A stretch of 64,000 bases of DNA from Lama guanicoe. Its lineage: Eukaryota. The notes under the pieces are model-generated. The model did not search any database and was not told the DNA's origin. It worked only from the letters and a program-made list of their open reading frames with translations. Below, in pieces: positions 49,460 to 60,979 of this stretch. The translations under genes and the position numbers were made by a program. The stretch covers positions 9,135,352 through 9,199,351 of the forward strand of contig MU053934.1 of NCBI GenBank assembly GCA_013239625.1. Reading direction: 5' to 3'. Each line of letters opens with the position of its first letter. Within the stretch, counting starts at the first letter, position 1.

Positions 49460-50002
49460 GTGTGCAGAATAAGGGTCCCCAGACATGGCCCTCCTAATCC
49501 CTGGGGCCTGTGGGTATGCTAAGTCCCACAGCAGGAGGGAGTTAAGGCTGCAGGTGGAAGATCGCTGATCAGTTGATCTTAGACAGGAGATTATCCTGAA
49601 TTATCTGAGTGGGCCCAGGGTAATCTCAGAGGCTCTTACAAGCCGGAGAGGGAGGCAGCAGAGTTAGTGTGAGAGTCAGAAGGGGAGATGTGATGATGGA
49701 GGCAAGAACAGAGGGACGGCAACGTGGGAAGGGCTCAGCCCTTCTGCCCTGTGTTGCTGCTTTGACGATCGAGGAAGAGGCCATAAGCCAAGGACCGTGG
49801 GTGCCTCTGAGACTGGAAAAGACCAGGAAACACATACTCTGCTAGCGTCTCCAGGCGGAAGGCAGGCCTGTCCCTGTCAACACCTCAATTTTAGCCCAGC
49901 GAGATCTGTTTCAGTCTCTGAACTCCAGAACAGTGAGAGATATGTGTTGTTTCCAGCCGCTGGGCTTATGGTGTTGTCACTGTGGCCATCACAGACTAAC
50001 AC
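49460..50002 (+). mobile_element. MaLR solo LTR (MLT1D-like)
   Basis: GGAGATTATCCTGAATTATCTGAGTGGGCCC, GGAGATGTGATGATGGAGGCA, GGCCATAAGCCAAGGA, TCTGAACTCCAGAAC. Confidence 0.8.
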
Positions 50003-50329
50003 TACACCAAGCCACCCCTTCTGTGAACCAGGCTGGCTGTTTCCTCTTCCCCATCTGATCATCACAGACTCCCATCGGTGTGGCCATTAGGGACACGTGT
50101 CAGTGCCACCATGGGGGGATGACATGCGCTTGGGCCCCTCGCTTGTGCTGCTTACTCTGGCCTCCTAGCATGGCTGGCCCTCAGCTCCCACTGCTGCACC
50201 CTCGGAGGGTCTGAGGGAACCCAGCTCTCGGCGGGCAGCGCTGGCCGCAGGGTCACTAACGTCACAGTCATGTGCTCTGCGTCTGCCAGGGCCTGGCAGC
50301 ATGCCAGGAGCTTTCTTCTTTAACAGTTC

Positions 50330-53046
50330 GATGAGTTTTGGTAAATGCATGCAGTTGTATCATCATCACGATATTCCAGTTTTAGAACACTTCCACCATC
50401 CCCTCAAATTTTCCTTGTGTCCATTTGGGGTCCATCCCTGTTTCTATCCCCAGCCCCAGGCAAATACAGATCTACTTTCTGTCTCTACAGTGCCTGCCTC
50501 TTCTACAAATTTCATGTAAATGCTATCATACAGTATGTCGTCCCTCTTGTCTGATTTCTTGGTCTCATCACCACATGTTGAGGTTCATCCATGTTGCACG
50601 GCTCTCTCCAATCTGACTGGCCGTGCTCACACTCTCCTCGCCCGCCCCGTGTGAGCTCGGGGGGTTGTGACGTGTCCAGCTCCCTGAGACCTGTTCCTTG
50701 TTTTGCTTCACAAGCTCACCCTGTGCACGCACGGTTTAATATTTAGTCTGAAACTCAGGCAGATTCCTATCTGATTTCTGGAGCTTGTTCTCTGAGGAGC
50801 TCCCACCTCCACAAATTCCAGCCATTTTGGTTTGTAATCTATGATCCCTGTCTTCTTTGTTCCTTGAGGCTATTGTGCGATCTTGAGTCCCCGCTTTCTG
50901 CGCTGTGACATAGAGAATGAGTTCTTGCAGAAAGGCTGGGCGATCACAAAGACCGCCTCATGTGTTTTGGTTCTCTCGGGGATCCCAGTGCTATGTGGCC
51001 TATTATTCAATGTCTGAAAAACTGTTTTTCCATATATTTTGTCCAGTTTTCTAGCTTTTTGTGGCATGGGGGCAAGTCTGCCAGCCACGATTTTCTTGTT
51101 GTTGAATTTTTTTCACTGGCTCTAATTATATACAATCAAACTCACCTTTTCAATGTACATAGTTTGAACAATTTTGGTAATTGCATACAGTTGGTAACCA
51201 CCACCACAGTCAGGATGGAGAAGAGTTCCCTGACTCTAAGATGTTTCCTCACACCTTTCACATCCTCTCCCCTTCCCACACGTGGCTTCTCTCTGCCACT
51301 ATAGACCTAACTTTTCTATAATTTTGAAATTATACAAGATATATGGTCTTTGTCTTTGACATCATTCATTTAGTATGATGTGTTTAGATTATCCACATTA
51401 TTGCATGTGTTAATATCTCCCCCTTTTTTATTGCTGAGTAGTATTCCATTGTGTGGATATAGCACAATTTGTTTACCCACTCACCAGCTGATGGACATTT
51501 GGGTGAAGTTCACTGTTGGGCGATTAAGAATACTGTTACTATGAGCATTTCTGTTTACGTGTTTGGAAAGGCATCTCCATATGCTTTGTGTATATGGAGA
51601 TTCTGGGACAAATTTTAAGTATATGTTTAACTTTTAAAGATGTTGCTCTACTGTTTTGCAAAGTAGTCGCACAGTTTGCGGCCCCACCAGGAACGTAGCA
51701 GTCCCAGCTGTTCTGCATCATCAGCATTACTGTTATTACCTGTCTTTTTAACTGTGGCCTTTCTAATGGAGGCATAGTGGGACCTCATTGATTTCTCCTT
51801 TGAATTACTTTGGTGCTTTTGTGAAAAATGAATTGACCAAGTAAGTGTGAGTTTATTTCTGGATTCTGTATTCTACTCCATTGATCTATGTGCCAATTTA
51901 TTGCTGGCTGGATGACTGTAGCTTTCTAGTAAGTCTTGAAATCAAGTAGTTCATTCTGATAATCTCTAACTTTTAATTAGAGTGTGTATTCCATTACCCT
52001 TTGCTGTAATTATTGATATAGCTGGGCTGGATTTATCTTTTTTTTTTGTTTTCTTTGTCTTCTTTGTGTTTTCCACTCTCTGTTGCTCCTTTTCTTAGTG
52101 TTTTTTAGAATTCCACTTCAGTTTTCCTGTTGGCTTCTCAGCTATACTTCTTTGCAATTTTTTAGTGGCTTCCCAAAGGGATGTATACATTTAATACATT
52201 TACATATGTTACAAACGTCACAAGAAAATGTTATACTTTTTGCTATGAACAGTTATGTAGTTTATAAAACAATTAGGAGGAAAAGGGCAAATAGAAGCAA
52301 AAGCTCATTTGCAATGTCTGATGCTCTTCAGTGTTTTTAAGGATTTGTGTTTCTGAGGTCATCTCCGCGGCCCAGAAATGCTCCCCCAGCACTTCTCCAA
52401 GTGTGCTTCTGCTGGGGAGGAATTCTCTTAGTTGTATTTTACCTTAAAATGTCTTTGTTTTCCCTCTTGAATGATGTTTGTTTCTAGAGGTAGAGTTCCG
52501 GATTGACAGTCTTTTCTTTCAGCAGTTTAGTTTGTTCCCCTGTCTTCTGGCCTTCACGGTTTCTAGTAAGTCAGGCAAACTCAGATTCTTGTTTTTCCGT
52601 GTATAGTGTGTCCTCTCCCTCGTGGTACTATCGGTGTTTACTCTTCACCTTGGTTTTCAGTGCTGTGATGTGCTTGGGCACAGGCTTCTTTGTGCTTATT
52701 TTGCTTGGGGCTAGTTTAACATTTTATATTCACAAATTTCTACCTTTCATCAGGTCTGGAGAATTCTGGCCATTATTTCTTCAAATGCTTTCTTGTGTGT
52801 TTGTATGTCGTCCTCTCTCTCCTAGCCTGCTGGTGTTTGTCATTACACTGATATTTGAACATCTAATATCCTCTGGCAGGTCCCTGAGATTCTGTTCATT
52901 GTTTTTTCAATGTTTTCTCTTTCTGTTCTTATTCCTGGAAAGTTCCTTCCTTCCTTCCTCCCTCCCCCCTCCCTCCCTCACTCCCTCTCTCTCTTTCTTT
53001 CTTTCTTTCTCTTTCTCTCTTTCTTTTTCTTCCTTCCTTCTTTCTT

Positions 53047-53077
<31 letters not shown>

Positions 53078-53600
53078 CTCTCCCTTGTTTCTTTGTTTCT
53101 TTCCCTTCCTTCCTTTTCAACTCTCTATTCTTGACTCCATTTCACTTCTTTCCTCGGCCACGTCCTTTTCAGGTCTACAATTTCCACTTGTTACATTCTG
53201 TACATTTTTATTTCTCTACTGAGATTTACTACTTCTCTCTTGAGGTTTTCATTCCTTGAGGTCTGTTTTGTTTTAATTCATTGAGTTTCATTATAATATT
53301 TGCTTTAAAATCTGTTTCTGCCAGTTCTAACGTCTGGCTCACTGCATGGATGGAATCGACTGGTTTTCTTTTCTCTTGAGAGTGGGTTCTGTTCTTGCTC
53401 CTTGTATTTCAGGTAACTTTTGGAGTGTATCCTGACACACTGACTGTTAAGCTGTAGAGATTCTGGATTCTGTTATTTTTCTGTATAAAGTGTTTGTTTC
53501 CTCAGGCAATTTTCTCGCGTGGACTTGAACCGAAAACTCCTGTTTCCTCAGGGACAGCTCCAGTCTTGCTTCAGATTGTTTTTCAGTTGAGTTGCTTTGG
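50330..53600 (-). mobile_element. Cluster of old antisense LINE-1 (L1M/L1ME) fragments
   Basis: Typical antisense L1 motifs: TTGCTGAGTAGTATTCCATTGTGTGGATATAGCACAATTTG, GTTGAGGTTCATCCATGTTG, TAGTAAGTCTTGAAATCA, GGCCATTATTTCTTCAAAT. Interrupted by a CT-rich microsatellite. Confidence 0.75.
52943..53120. repeat. (CCTT)/(CTTT)n microsatellite
   Basis: Directly visible. Confidence 0.9.
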
Positions 53601-53984
53601 CTCCACAGCACATGTGTGTGCTTCAGGGGGCCGTCAGAGATAAGGACAGAATGAATTTGAGGACCCCTTCTCTGGCTCTTTCCCTTTCGTGGGTTCTCCC
53701 ACTCTCCTCTCTTCACATTTTCATAGATTTACCTTTATGTTTCCCCGGGCCAGAAGAAATGCAGGGTTTTCAACATGTGGCCCCCATGCTGGTCACACTG
53801 CATGTACACGTAGCCCCAGGATAAAAGCCACAGACATGTTACATTGCTTGTTCACCAATCCACCTCCCCTCCTCCAAGCAAGCATGCACTCCTCGCCAGA
53901 GCCTGTCAGCTTCTGCCCACACTCAAATGCCTTCGCTGGGTTGCTTTTTGTGTAATGTCCAGGTATTATGATTGTTTCTGTAGG

Positions 53985-54019
<35 letters not shown>
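53985..54019. repeat. (GT)n(GA)n compound microsatellite
   Basis: Directly visible. Confidence 0.9.
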
Positions 54020-54477
54020 CTGGCAGGATCTTCATCCATCTCATCCAGAAGGATCTTGTTATGAATTGGTTCACAAAATACACTCTGAATAGCACTGGTC
54101 TAATCCACCGTGTCAGTGATGGCGCCATTCAGGATGGAATTTATGGAATGGCTTCTCTTCCATAGTTGTCTGCCAGATGCTCATAATTAAGGGCTCAATA
54201 CCAGACAATGTCAATGCCAGGGGAAGAATTCCAAGTTCAGGCGGAGAGAGCAGGAGAAGTGCTAATAAGATCTGAATATTGTTTGGTACTGATTGACTCG
54301 ACAACACTCATTTATATAAAGTAGTTCTGGCCTTTGCAGATTGCTCTCAATGGATTTTCTTTCTTTTCTGAGCTTCAGTTTTCTATGATCTTAGCTGCTG
54401 AAAAGTGTAAGTCAGAGGAAGTCCTCAGGCAAGGGGTATAGCTGTGCCTGTGCCCATAGAGGTGGCCCTTTCCTCTT

Positions 54478-55553
54478 CATTTTTAAAATTGTGGTAAAAT
54501 ACACATAACAAAACTTGCTGCCTTTATTTTGAAGTGTACAGCTCAGTGGTATTAAATGCATTCTTACTGTGCAACCATCACCAACATCCATCTCTGTCAT
54601 TCTTTTCATCTTATGAAACTGAAAACTCTCTACGCATTAAAAAAAGCAAAGCAAAACAAACCAAACAAAAAATCCTCCTTATTCTTCCCTCTCCCAGGGG
54701 CTGGCCACCACCATTACTTTCTGTCTCTATCATTTTGACAGCTCTAAGAACCTCACATAAGTAAAATCATACAGTATCTGTCTTTCCTGTCAATGGCTTA
54801 CTTCCCTTAGCTTAGTGCCCTCAAAGTTCATCCATGTTGTAGCAAGTGTTAGAATTTCCTTCCTTTTTAAGGCTGAATAATACTGTTATGTATATATATC
54901 ACATATTGCTTATCCATTCATCCATTGATGAACATTTGAATTGGTTCCCTGTTTTAGTTATTGTGAATAATGCTCCTGTGAACACAGGTGTACAAATCTC
55001 TCTTCGAGACCCTGCTTTCAGTTCTTTTGGGTATGTGCCTGTAGGTGGAATTGCTGGATGATATGGGCTTTCCATTTTCAATTTTTTGAAGAACTGCCAT
55101 ACTGTTTTCCACAGCAGTTGTACCATTTTACTTCCCACTAAGAATGCACAAGGGTTCCAATTTCTCCACATCCTCAATACTTGTGTTTTTAATTTAAAAT
55201 TTTTGTAGTAGAAATCCTAATGGACGTGAGGTGGTATCTCACTGTAGTTTTATTTGGATTTCCCTAATGATCAGTGATGTTGAGCATCTTTTCATGTGCG
55301 CATTGGCCATGTGTAGATCTTCTTAGGAGAAATGTCCTTAGGGGAATTCAAATCCTTTGCCCATTTTTATTTTTGAGTTTTAGGAATTCTTTATTTTTCT
55401 AGATATTAATACCCTATCAGATATGTGATTTACAAATATATTCCCCCATTCTGAGGTCTGCCTTTTTACTCTGATGATAGTGTCTATTGATGCATGAAAT
55501 TTTAAAATTTTCACAAAGTCCGATTTGCCTGTTTCTCCTTTTGTTGCCTGTGC
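54478..55553 (-). mobile_element. LINE-1 (L1MB-like) 3' end with ORF2 C-terminal remnant
   Basis: ORF 54899-55177(-) LLWKTVWQFFKKLKMESPYHPAIP..YPKELK..CTPVFTGALFTI is L1 ORF2p C-terminus. TTGTGGTAAAATACACATAACA end. Confidence 0.9.
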
Positions 55554-55809
55554 AGGGGTGACCTTTGGGAGGCCTGGGAGCATGAACTGGGGCGCCAGAG
55601 GAAGAGGAGTCCCCAGGTGGTCTTAGGATGGTTTGAAGCAGAGCCATGTTGTAAATATTCCAGTTCTTTATTTTAAACTGCACGACACACTGTTGCTTTA
55701 TTGTTGCTTTACATGTTGGATGCTCATTTAGATGAAGCTGCATGTTTCCTATTCTTACTGTTCTTTGCTCCTTTCTACGTCTCGCACCCTCCACCCGGGA
55801 TTGCTTTCT

Positions 55810-56700
55810 TCCCTTTTTCACGCTCTTTTATGTTTCCTTAAGGGCGGTTCTGTTGGCAGGTGTTACTTATATTTTTCAGCACATTGAAGATAGGATTCCA
55901 CTATTTTAGTGCTATTTGGTGTTAATTTTTAGTGTTTCTGTAGAGAACTCAGTGTGGTCAAATTCCTCCTTTTTTCCCCTGTGGCTTCTTATTAGATTTG
56001 GCCTTTGTCTTTCTCTGCAGTTCCACAATAATGTGTCTATATAGATTTCTTTTCATTTATTCTGCTTTGTATTCGTTGAGCTTCCTGGATCTGTGGTTTG
56101 GCATCTTTCATCAGTCTTGTCAGTTCTCAGCTATTGTTATGTATGGCTTCTGTCCTACTTGCCTCTCCTTTCCTTCTGAGACTCCAGCTACGTGTGTTAG
56201 ACTTTCTCAGTCTGTTCTCTGTGTCTCTTAGGTCTTCTTTGTTTTTCGTATTTCTGTCCCTTCCTGCTGGATCACTTCTTCTGATCTAGCTTCCAGTTCA
56301 TTTATTCCACCTTAGGTCTCTCTAACCTGCTGATAAATCCACTCATTGAGTTTTTACTGTGCTCGTCTCTTTTCAGTTCCAGAATTTCTATATTTCTTTA
56401 ATAAATATGCTATTTCACTTTTTATATTTCAGTTCCTCACTTGGATTTTTGTATTATGTTTTATTTCTTTGAACATGGTCACCAATGGTGTTTCATTGTC
56501 TGTGTCTGGTAATCCAGTGTCTTAAGTCAAAGCAGATCAGTTTCTCTTGTATGTTCTTCCTGCTGGGCTCTCCTGGTTCTCTGTAGATCTAGTTACTTTT
56601 GCAATTTGATGCCTCGGATGCCACCTTCCTCCAAAGATGGTTTTCGGTTGCTCCTGCCATATGTCTAAATGTGCCACCATTCTGTGTTTGTCTTAATCCC
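55810..56700 (-). mobile_element. Old L1ME-type 5'/ORF1 fragment
   Basis: TTTTTCAGCACATTGAAGATA, CTTCCTGGATCTGTGGTTTG, CCTTCTGAGACTCCA, TTTCAGTTCCAGAATTTCTA are typical antisense L1ME motifs. Confidence 0.6.
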
Positions 56701-57509
56701 AATTCAAGTGTTTCGGTTGCTTTGGCCAACTAGGTGACAGAGTAATTTTTGAAATGTACTGTTTAATTTTTTTTCAAGTTTTTCTCATTTGGAGGACAGC
56801 TTAAATAACCTAGCCTGCAATTCCTAGAAGTGAAACTTTTTTCATTTTCTGAAACTTCTATAAGACAAAGATTAGATATTTTCTTTGTGTTTGTAGAATG
56901 GACATATGAAACCAGACGACCGTAGGCCTTTTCTCTGGTGCTTCCCTCTCTGGAATGTACCTCCACCTTCTGCCCATCTGATGCTCATCTAGTCACTTAA
57001 GATCCAGCTTCAGTGTCTTCTCCAGTAGGCTTTCTTCCCTTCCCAAGTCCCTGGCACGTTGTACATCCTTTTCTGGTGTTATTACATTGTATCATCAGAG
57101 TATATCTCTGGATTCCCTTCATAGGCAAAGAGCTTACTGATGCATGAGGTATCTCTGTAATGCTAAATGCCGATGTAGTCCACGGTAGGTGCTCAAAAAT
57201 GTTGGCTTCATTGAAATATGAAACATAAAATTAAGAATGGATTGGTAGCAGTCGTAGGGAGTTAGGTGGCTAAGTAGGTCACTAAACTGTATAAAAACCA
57301 TTGATCCCTACAACCCAACTATCAGTAGTAACGTCAAAATTATTGCCGTGAATACCAGCAGTGTATTATCAAGCACTTACTACCAACTATACCTCGAGCC
57401 TACCCACAGTGTCCTACTGCTCCTTCGTGTTTCTAATTTGCCCAACTACCTAACAGCTTTGCCACTTTATCCCTCCTAATTACTCAATTCTATACTATAC
57501 GTAGTTCAT

Positions 57510-57720
57510 TGCTAACATTTACTGAGCTAAGCTAAACAACGAAGGACACTGGGGTGACACAGACTGCCTCACCGAATCCTCCCAACCGCTCAGTTAAGTA
57601 GGTGTCCTTACCATTGCACTTTACAAATGAAAGAATAATAGGCTTAAAGGGACGGTTGCTTGTCCAAGGTGAGGTGCTAAGAGATGAAAGCAGGACTCAC
57701 ATCATCCACGTTTGCCCGAT
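57510..57720 (-). mobile_element. MIR SINE
   Basis: GCTAACATTTACTGAGC..AATCCTCCCAAC..CACTTTACAAATGA..AGGCTTA..CTTGTCCAAGGT. Confidence 0.6.
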
Positions 57721-57741
57721 TCCAGAGCTCACGGTCTTTAC

Positions 57742-57936
57742 CAGAGATTGGAAACCTTTCCTACGAAAGACTAGTTAACAGTTTAGGCTTTGTGGGCCAT
57801 GCAGTCTCTGTCACAACCACTCAGCTCTGCCACTGTCACATCAAAGAAGCCATAGACAGTGTGACAGCTTCCAATAAAATGTATGAAAACAGATCAGGGG
57901 AAGACTGGCGTGCAGGCTGCAGTTTGCTGGTCCCTG
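57742..57936 (+). mobile_element. MER58A-like hAT-Charlie MITE
   Basis: TTAGGCTTTGTGGGCCAT..GTCTCTGTCACAAC..CTCAGCTCTGCC..GCCATAGACA..TTCCAATAAAA..AGTTTGCTGGTCCCTG. Degenerate 8-bp TSD GTCTTTAC/CTCTTAAC. Confidence 0.85.
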
Positions 57937-58929
57937 CTCTTAACAATTGCACTATTCTGTTGTATTTCCCTTCAATCTCCAAAGTTTTCAGTTCAACAAA
58001 TATTTATAGCATTGCTTCTAAGCACGGGGCAGTGAACGTGGTCCTGAGCAGGATGAGGAAGATAAAGGCCCTGCCTTGAGGGATCTTAGATGCCAGAGAC
58101 AGTACACAAACACATTTATAGTGCAAGGCTGACTATGGACAGTTAGTGCCAAAGAGAGGTATTGAGCATCCACCAAAACGTGTTTGGATGGAGAAGCTGA
58201 TTTATGGAGTAAGCTTTCTAGTGAGAAAATCACAGGCAGAGGTGGTTAAGGGGAACGTTTCAGAGAGAGGAGCCAACACAAGCAAGAATGTTTCTAGTCA
58301 CCTGTCACTCACCTTTCACTCTCTTAACCAGCACCCACTTGCTTCCTTCTTTTCCTTGCCAAAACCAGAGCCATGTGCGCTTTCGTCCAAATCTTTTTGC
58401 TTTGCGCCTCACCTGCTTTCCCCCTTGCTTTCCTTTCCCTCTCTTTCTTTTTCCTTTCCTTTTGTTTATTTTCACTCCTTGATTATTGAATCATAGCTGA
58501 TGTAGTTCTTCTCCAGTGGGCTCAAGACAAACTTCTATCACAAATTTCATCTGAAGTTTAATTCACAGACATCAACATAGTGCTGTGTTCATCCTAAGGC
58601 ATAGTTATATAACATTTAAAAATGCCATTTAGCCCAAGTGAAATATTAACTTAGTTCTGTCAATTCAGCCAAGGTCGAAATCCTCTAGTCAATTTCAGGT
58701 GGTCAATAACACCCCCCTGTCTGACCAACATAATATCCTTTTGTTTCTCATACTCACTCATACTTCTAGTCTGTCCTATTTATGTCTCTATTTCTCTTTT
58801 AATCTTCTTCTTTACAATTTTTTTCTTCCTGTTTTCCATCCTTCCTCTTTCTTGTATTTTTTGGATTGTTGGCCTTCTTCTGGAAGCATGTTGTTTTCTT
58901 TCTCCTTTCTGAAAATATATCTTAAAAAA

Positions 58930-59600
58930 TTCTTTGTTTATTAATTTAACTAATTTTATTGAGCAATTACTACATAGTCAGTTGTTTTCTAGATGCCGAA
59001 GATGAAGTTGAAAAAAACAGACAAAAATCTGTCCTTATGGAGCTTAAACATTCTGGCAGTAAACAAAATAGATCAAGTAACAATAAATAAATAGGTAAGT
59101 AAACGATATGATATAGAGTGTTAAGGGCTATGGAGAAAATCCTCAAAGATAAGGAATTTGGGTGGTGTGTTACAATTTCAAAGACTGATAAGGGAAACTC
59201 ATTAAGAGATCTTTTGAGCAGATGAAGGAAGTAAGGAAGTAAACCACACAAGTATCTGCTGGGAGTGCACTGAAGGTGTTCCACGCAAAAGGAACAGCAT
59301 GTGCAAAGTCCTGAGGCAGGAGGGAACCTCCCCTGTTGGAGTACAAGGAGGCTGGGGTGGTGGAAGCACAATGGAGGAGGATCAGAATAGGGGGAGGAGG
59401 AGGGAGGCAGACTATTTAGGGGCTTTTCCATTGGAAGAACTCTGGCTTTTGCAAAATGGAAATTCTTCAGAGGATTTTGAGCAAAGTGAAATGTTGACTT
59501 ACATTTTTACAGGATCTAGACTGCAGGGAGGCAAGAGAAGAAGCAAAGAGAGCAATCAGGTTCATACTGCAATATTCCAGGCAATGAACTTGAATATTAC
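58930..59600 (-). mobile_element. LINE-2 fragment
   Basis: TTTATTGAGCA.TTACTA, GACAAAAATCTGTCCTTATGGAGCTTA, GGAACAGCATGTGCAAAGTCCTGAGGCAGGA, GAGGATTTTGAGCA. Strand inferred. Confidence 0.7.
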
Positions 59601-60141
59601 AGGAAATGTTTTCTGGAAGAATCAGAGTAGTTACTTTTGTTTTACAATTAAGGATAGGAAGCTAAGGGGTAAGATCTTGATTCCTGATGACACATTTTAT
59701 TATTCCCTGTTCCTCGGGGAAAAATTAGGAGATTTTGCCCTGCTAAGGATTGTTAGGCATTTTGAATGGTCTTGAGCACTGCTAGGTGATCTAATGCCCA
59801 GCATATAGTAGATACATGGAAATATTTGTGGAATGAACAAATAGGTAAGGCTGAATTACAATATCAGGTAACTTGCTGTTTACGTTTCAGTTCTGCTGCT
59901 GGTGTTTATCGGGTCTCTAGATTTTATTTGGCTAAGAACATCAAGAGCACTGTCTTATAAACACACTCCTATTCCTCAAATCGAAATGGAGGGGACGTAT
60001 TTATGCATTTTAAGTGGTTGCCACAGCCATTTGTACAGCCCTCTATCACAGCAGTTATCAACTGCACTGTTATTTTTCTCTCTCTCTCCCAATAGACTTT
60101 GAGTTCCTTCAGGGTTCAGATCAGCTCTTACTGATCTTTAT

Positions 60142-60236
60142 ATAGTCGGCCCTCAGGTTCCACATCCTCGGATTCGGAGGGCTGACTATGGGACTTGGGT
60201 GCCCTGGAACCAATTCCGCGTGGATACTGAGGGGCC
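60142..60236. mobile_element. Tigger/MER2-like MITE deletion derivative
   Basis: TA-flanked TIR-like AGTCGGCCCTC; GGTTCCACATCC.CGGATTC; CTGGAACCAAT.CC..GTGGATACTGAGGG. Confidence 0.6.
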
Positions 60237-60669
60237 ATGGGCTTGGCACCACTGCTTATTGACATGATAAAGGGAAGTGGAAAGAACATACGTGAATTAT
60301 CAAAAGCCCAGAGAAGCCTTCTCTGAGTCCTATAAAATACACTCATTTCCCTTTAGAAAGACACAATTCTTGTGGAACTTAGCTCTTTGACTTCTAATCA
60401 TATATTAAGCCCTAGATGAGCTGGAGCAATGTATTCTCACCCCAAGCAGGCCTGGTAAATGATCTGTCAGCAACAGTAAATGATTGCTAAGTGCTGGGAA
60501 TTGAGCTTCCAGGGTCTGAGACTTGCACGCTGGTGAGATGGCTCCAGCCTCCAATGGGTGGGTATGTGCACTGATCAGTCCAGTCCACCCCACCAGCCAG
60601 GTCTTCAGCCTTCTCTTAGAGGTGGGGGGGTGGGGGTGGGGCGGCTCTGCAGGGCTCCTCTCCCTTCCT

Positions 60670-60976
60670 CCAACCCCCACCCCCGTCCAGAACCCGCCTG
60701 CCAGCATCTCGTCCCTCAGGGTGAACTGTACCCCCAAACCCCTCCTGTCGAGACCTCCCAGGCCTGCATGTCTCCTCTCAGGGTAAACCGTCGAGATCTC
60801 CCCCGCTCATCTCCCCTCTCAGGGTGACCCTGTCCCCCAAACACCCTCCCGTCGAGACACCCTCTGCCCGCATCTCCCCTCTTAGGATGAACCTGCCCCC
60901 CAAACCCACTGCCGTCGAGACCCCCTGCCCGCATCTCGCCCCTCAGGGTGAACCTGTCCCCCAAACCCCCTGCCGA
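60670..60976. repeat. ~60-bp minisatellite, about 5 diverged copies (one internally deleted)
   Basis: Recurring unit approx. GCATCTCNCCNCTCAGGGTGAACCTGTCCCCCAAACCCCTCCCGTCGAGACCCCCTGCCC. CTCAGGGT/CTTAGGAT and GTCGAGA recur with ~60-bp period. Confidence 0.85.
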
Positions 60977-60979
60977 CTT

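Noticed and set aside
52503..53222. 239-aa hydrophobic, membrane-protein-looking ORF (also 44460-45286)
   Set aside because: Phe/Leu/Ser bias comes from antisense L1 and CT microsatellites.
57240..57510. CTA/TAC-rich stretch with numt-like composition
   Set aside because: I could not match it to any mitochondrial gene. It sits among L2/MIR remnants.
60670..60976. Repeat array considered as CRISPR-like
   Set aside because: Eukaryotic context and whole units repeat without unique spacers. It is a minisatellite.
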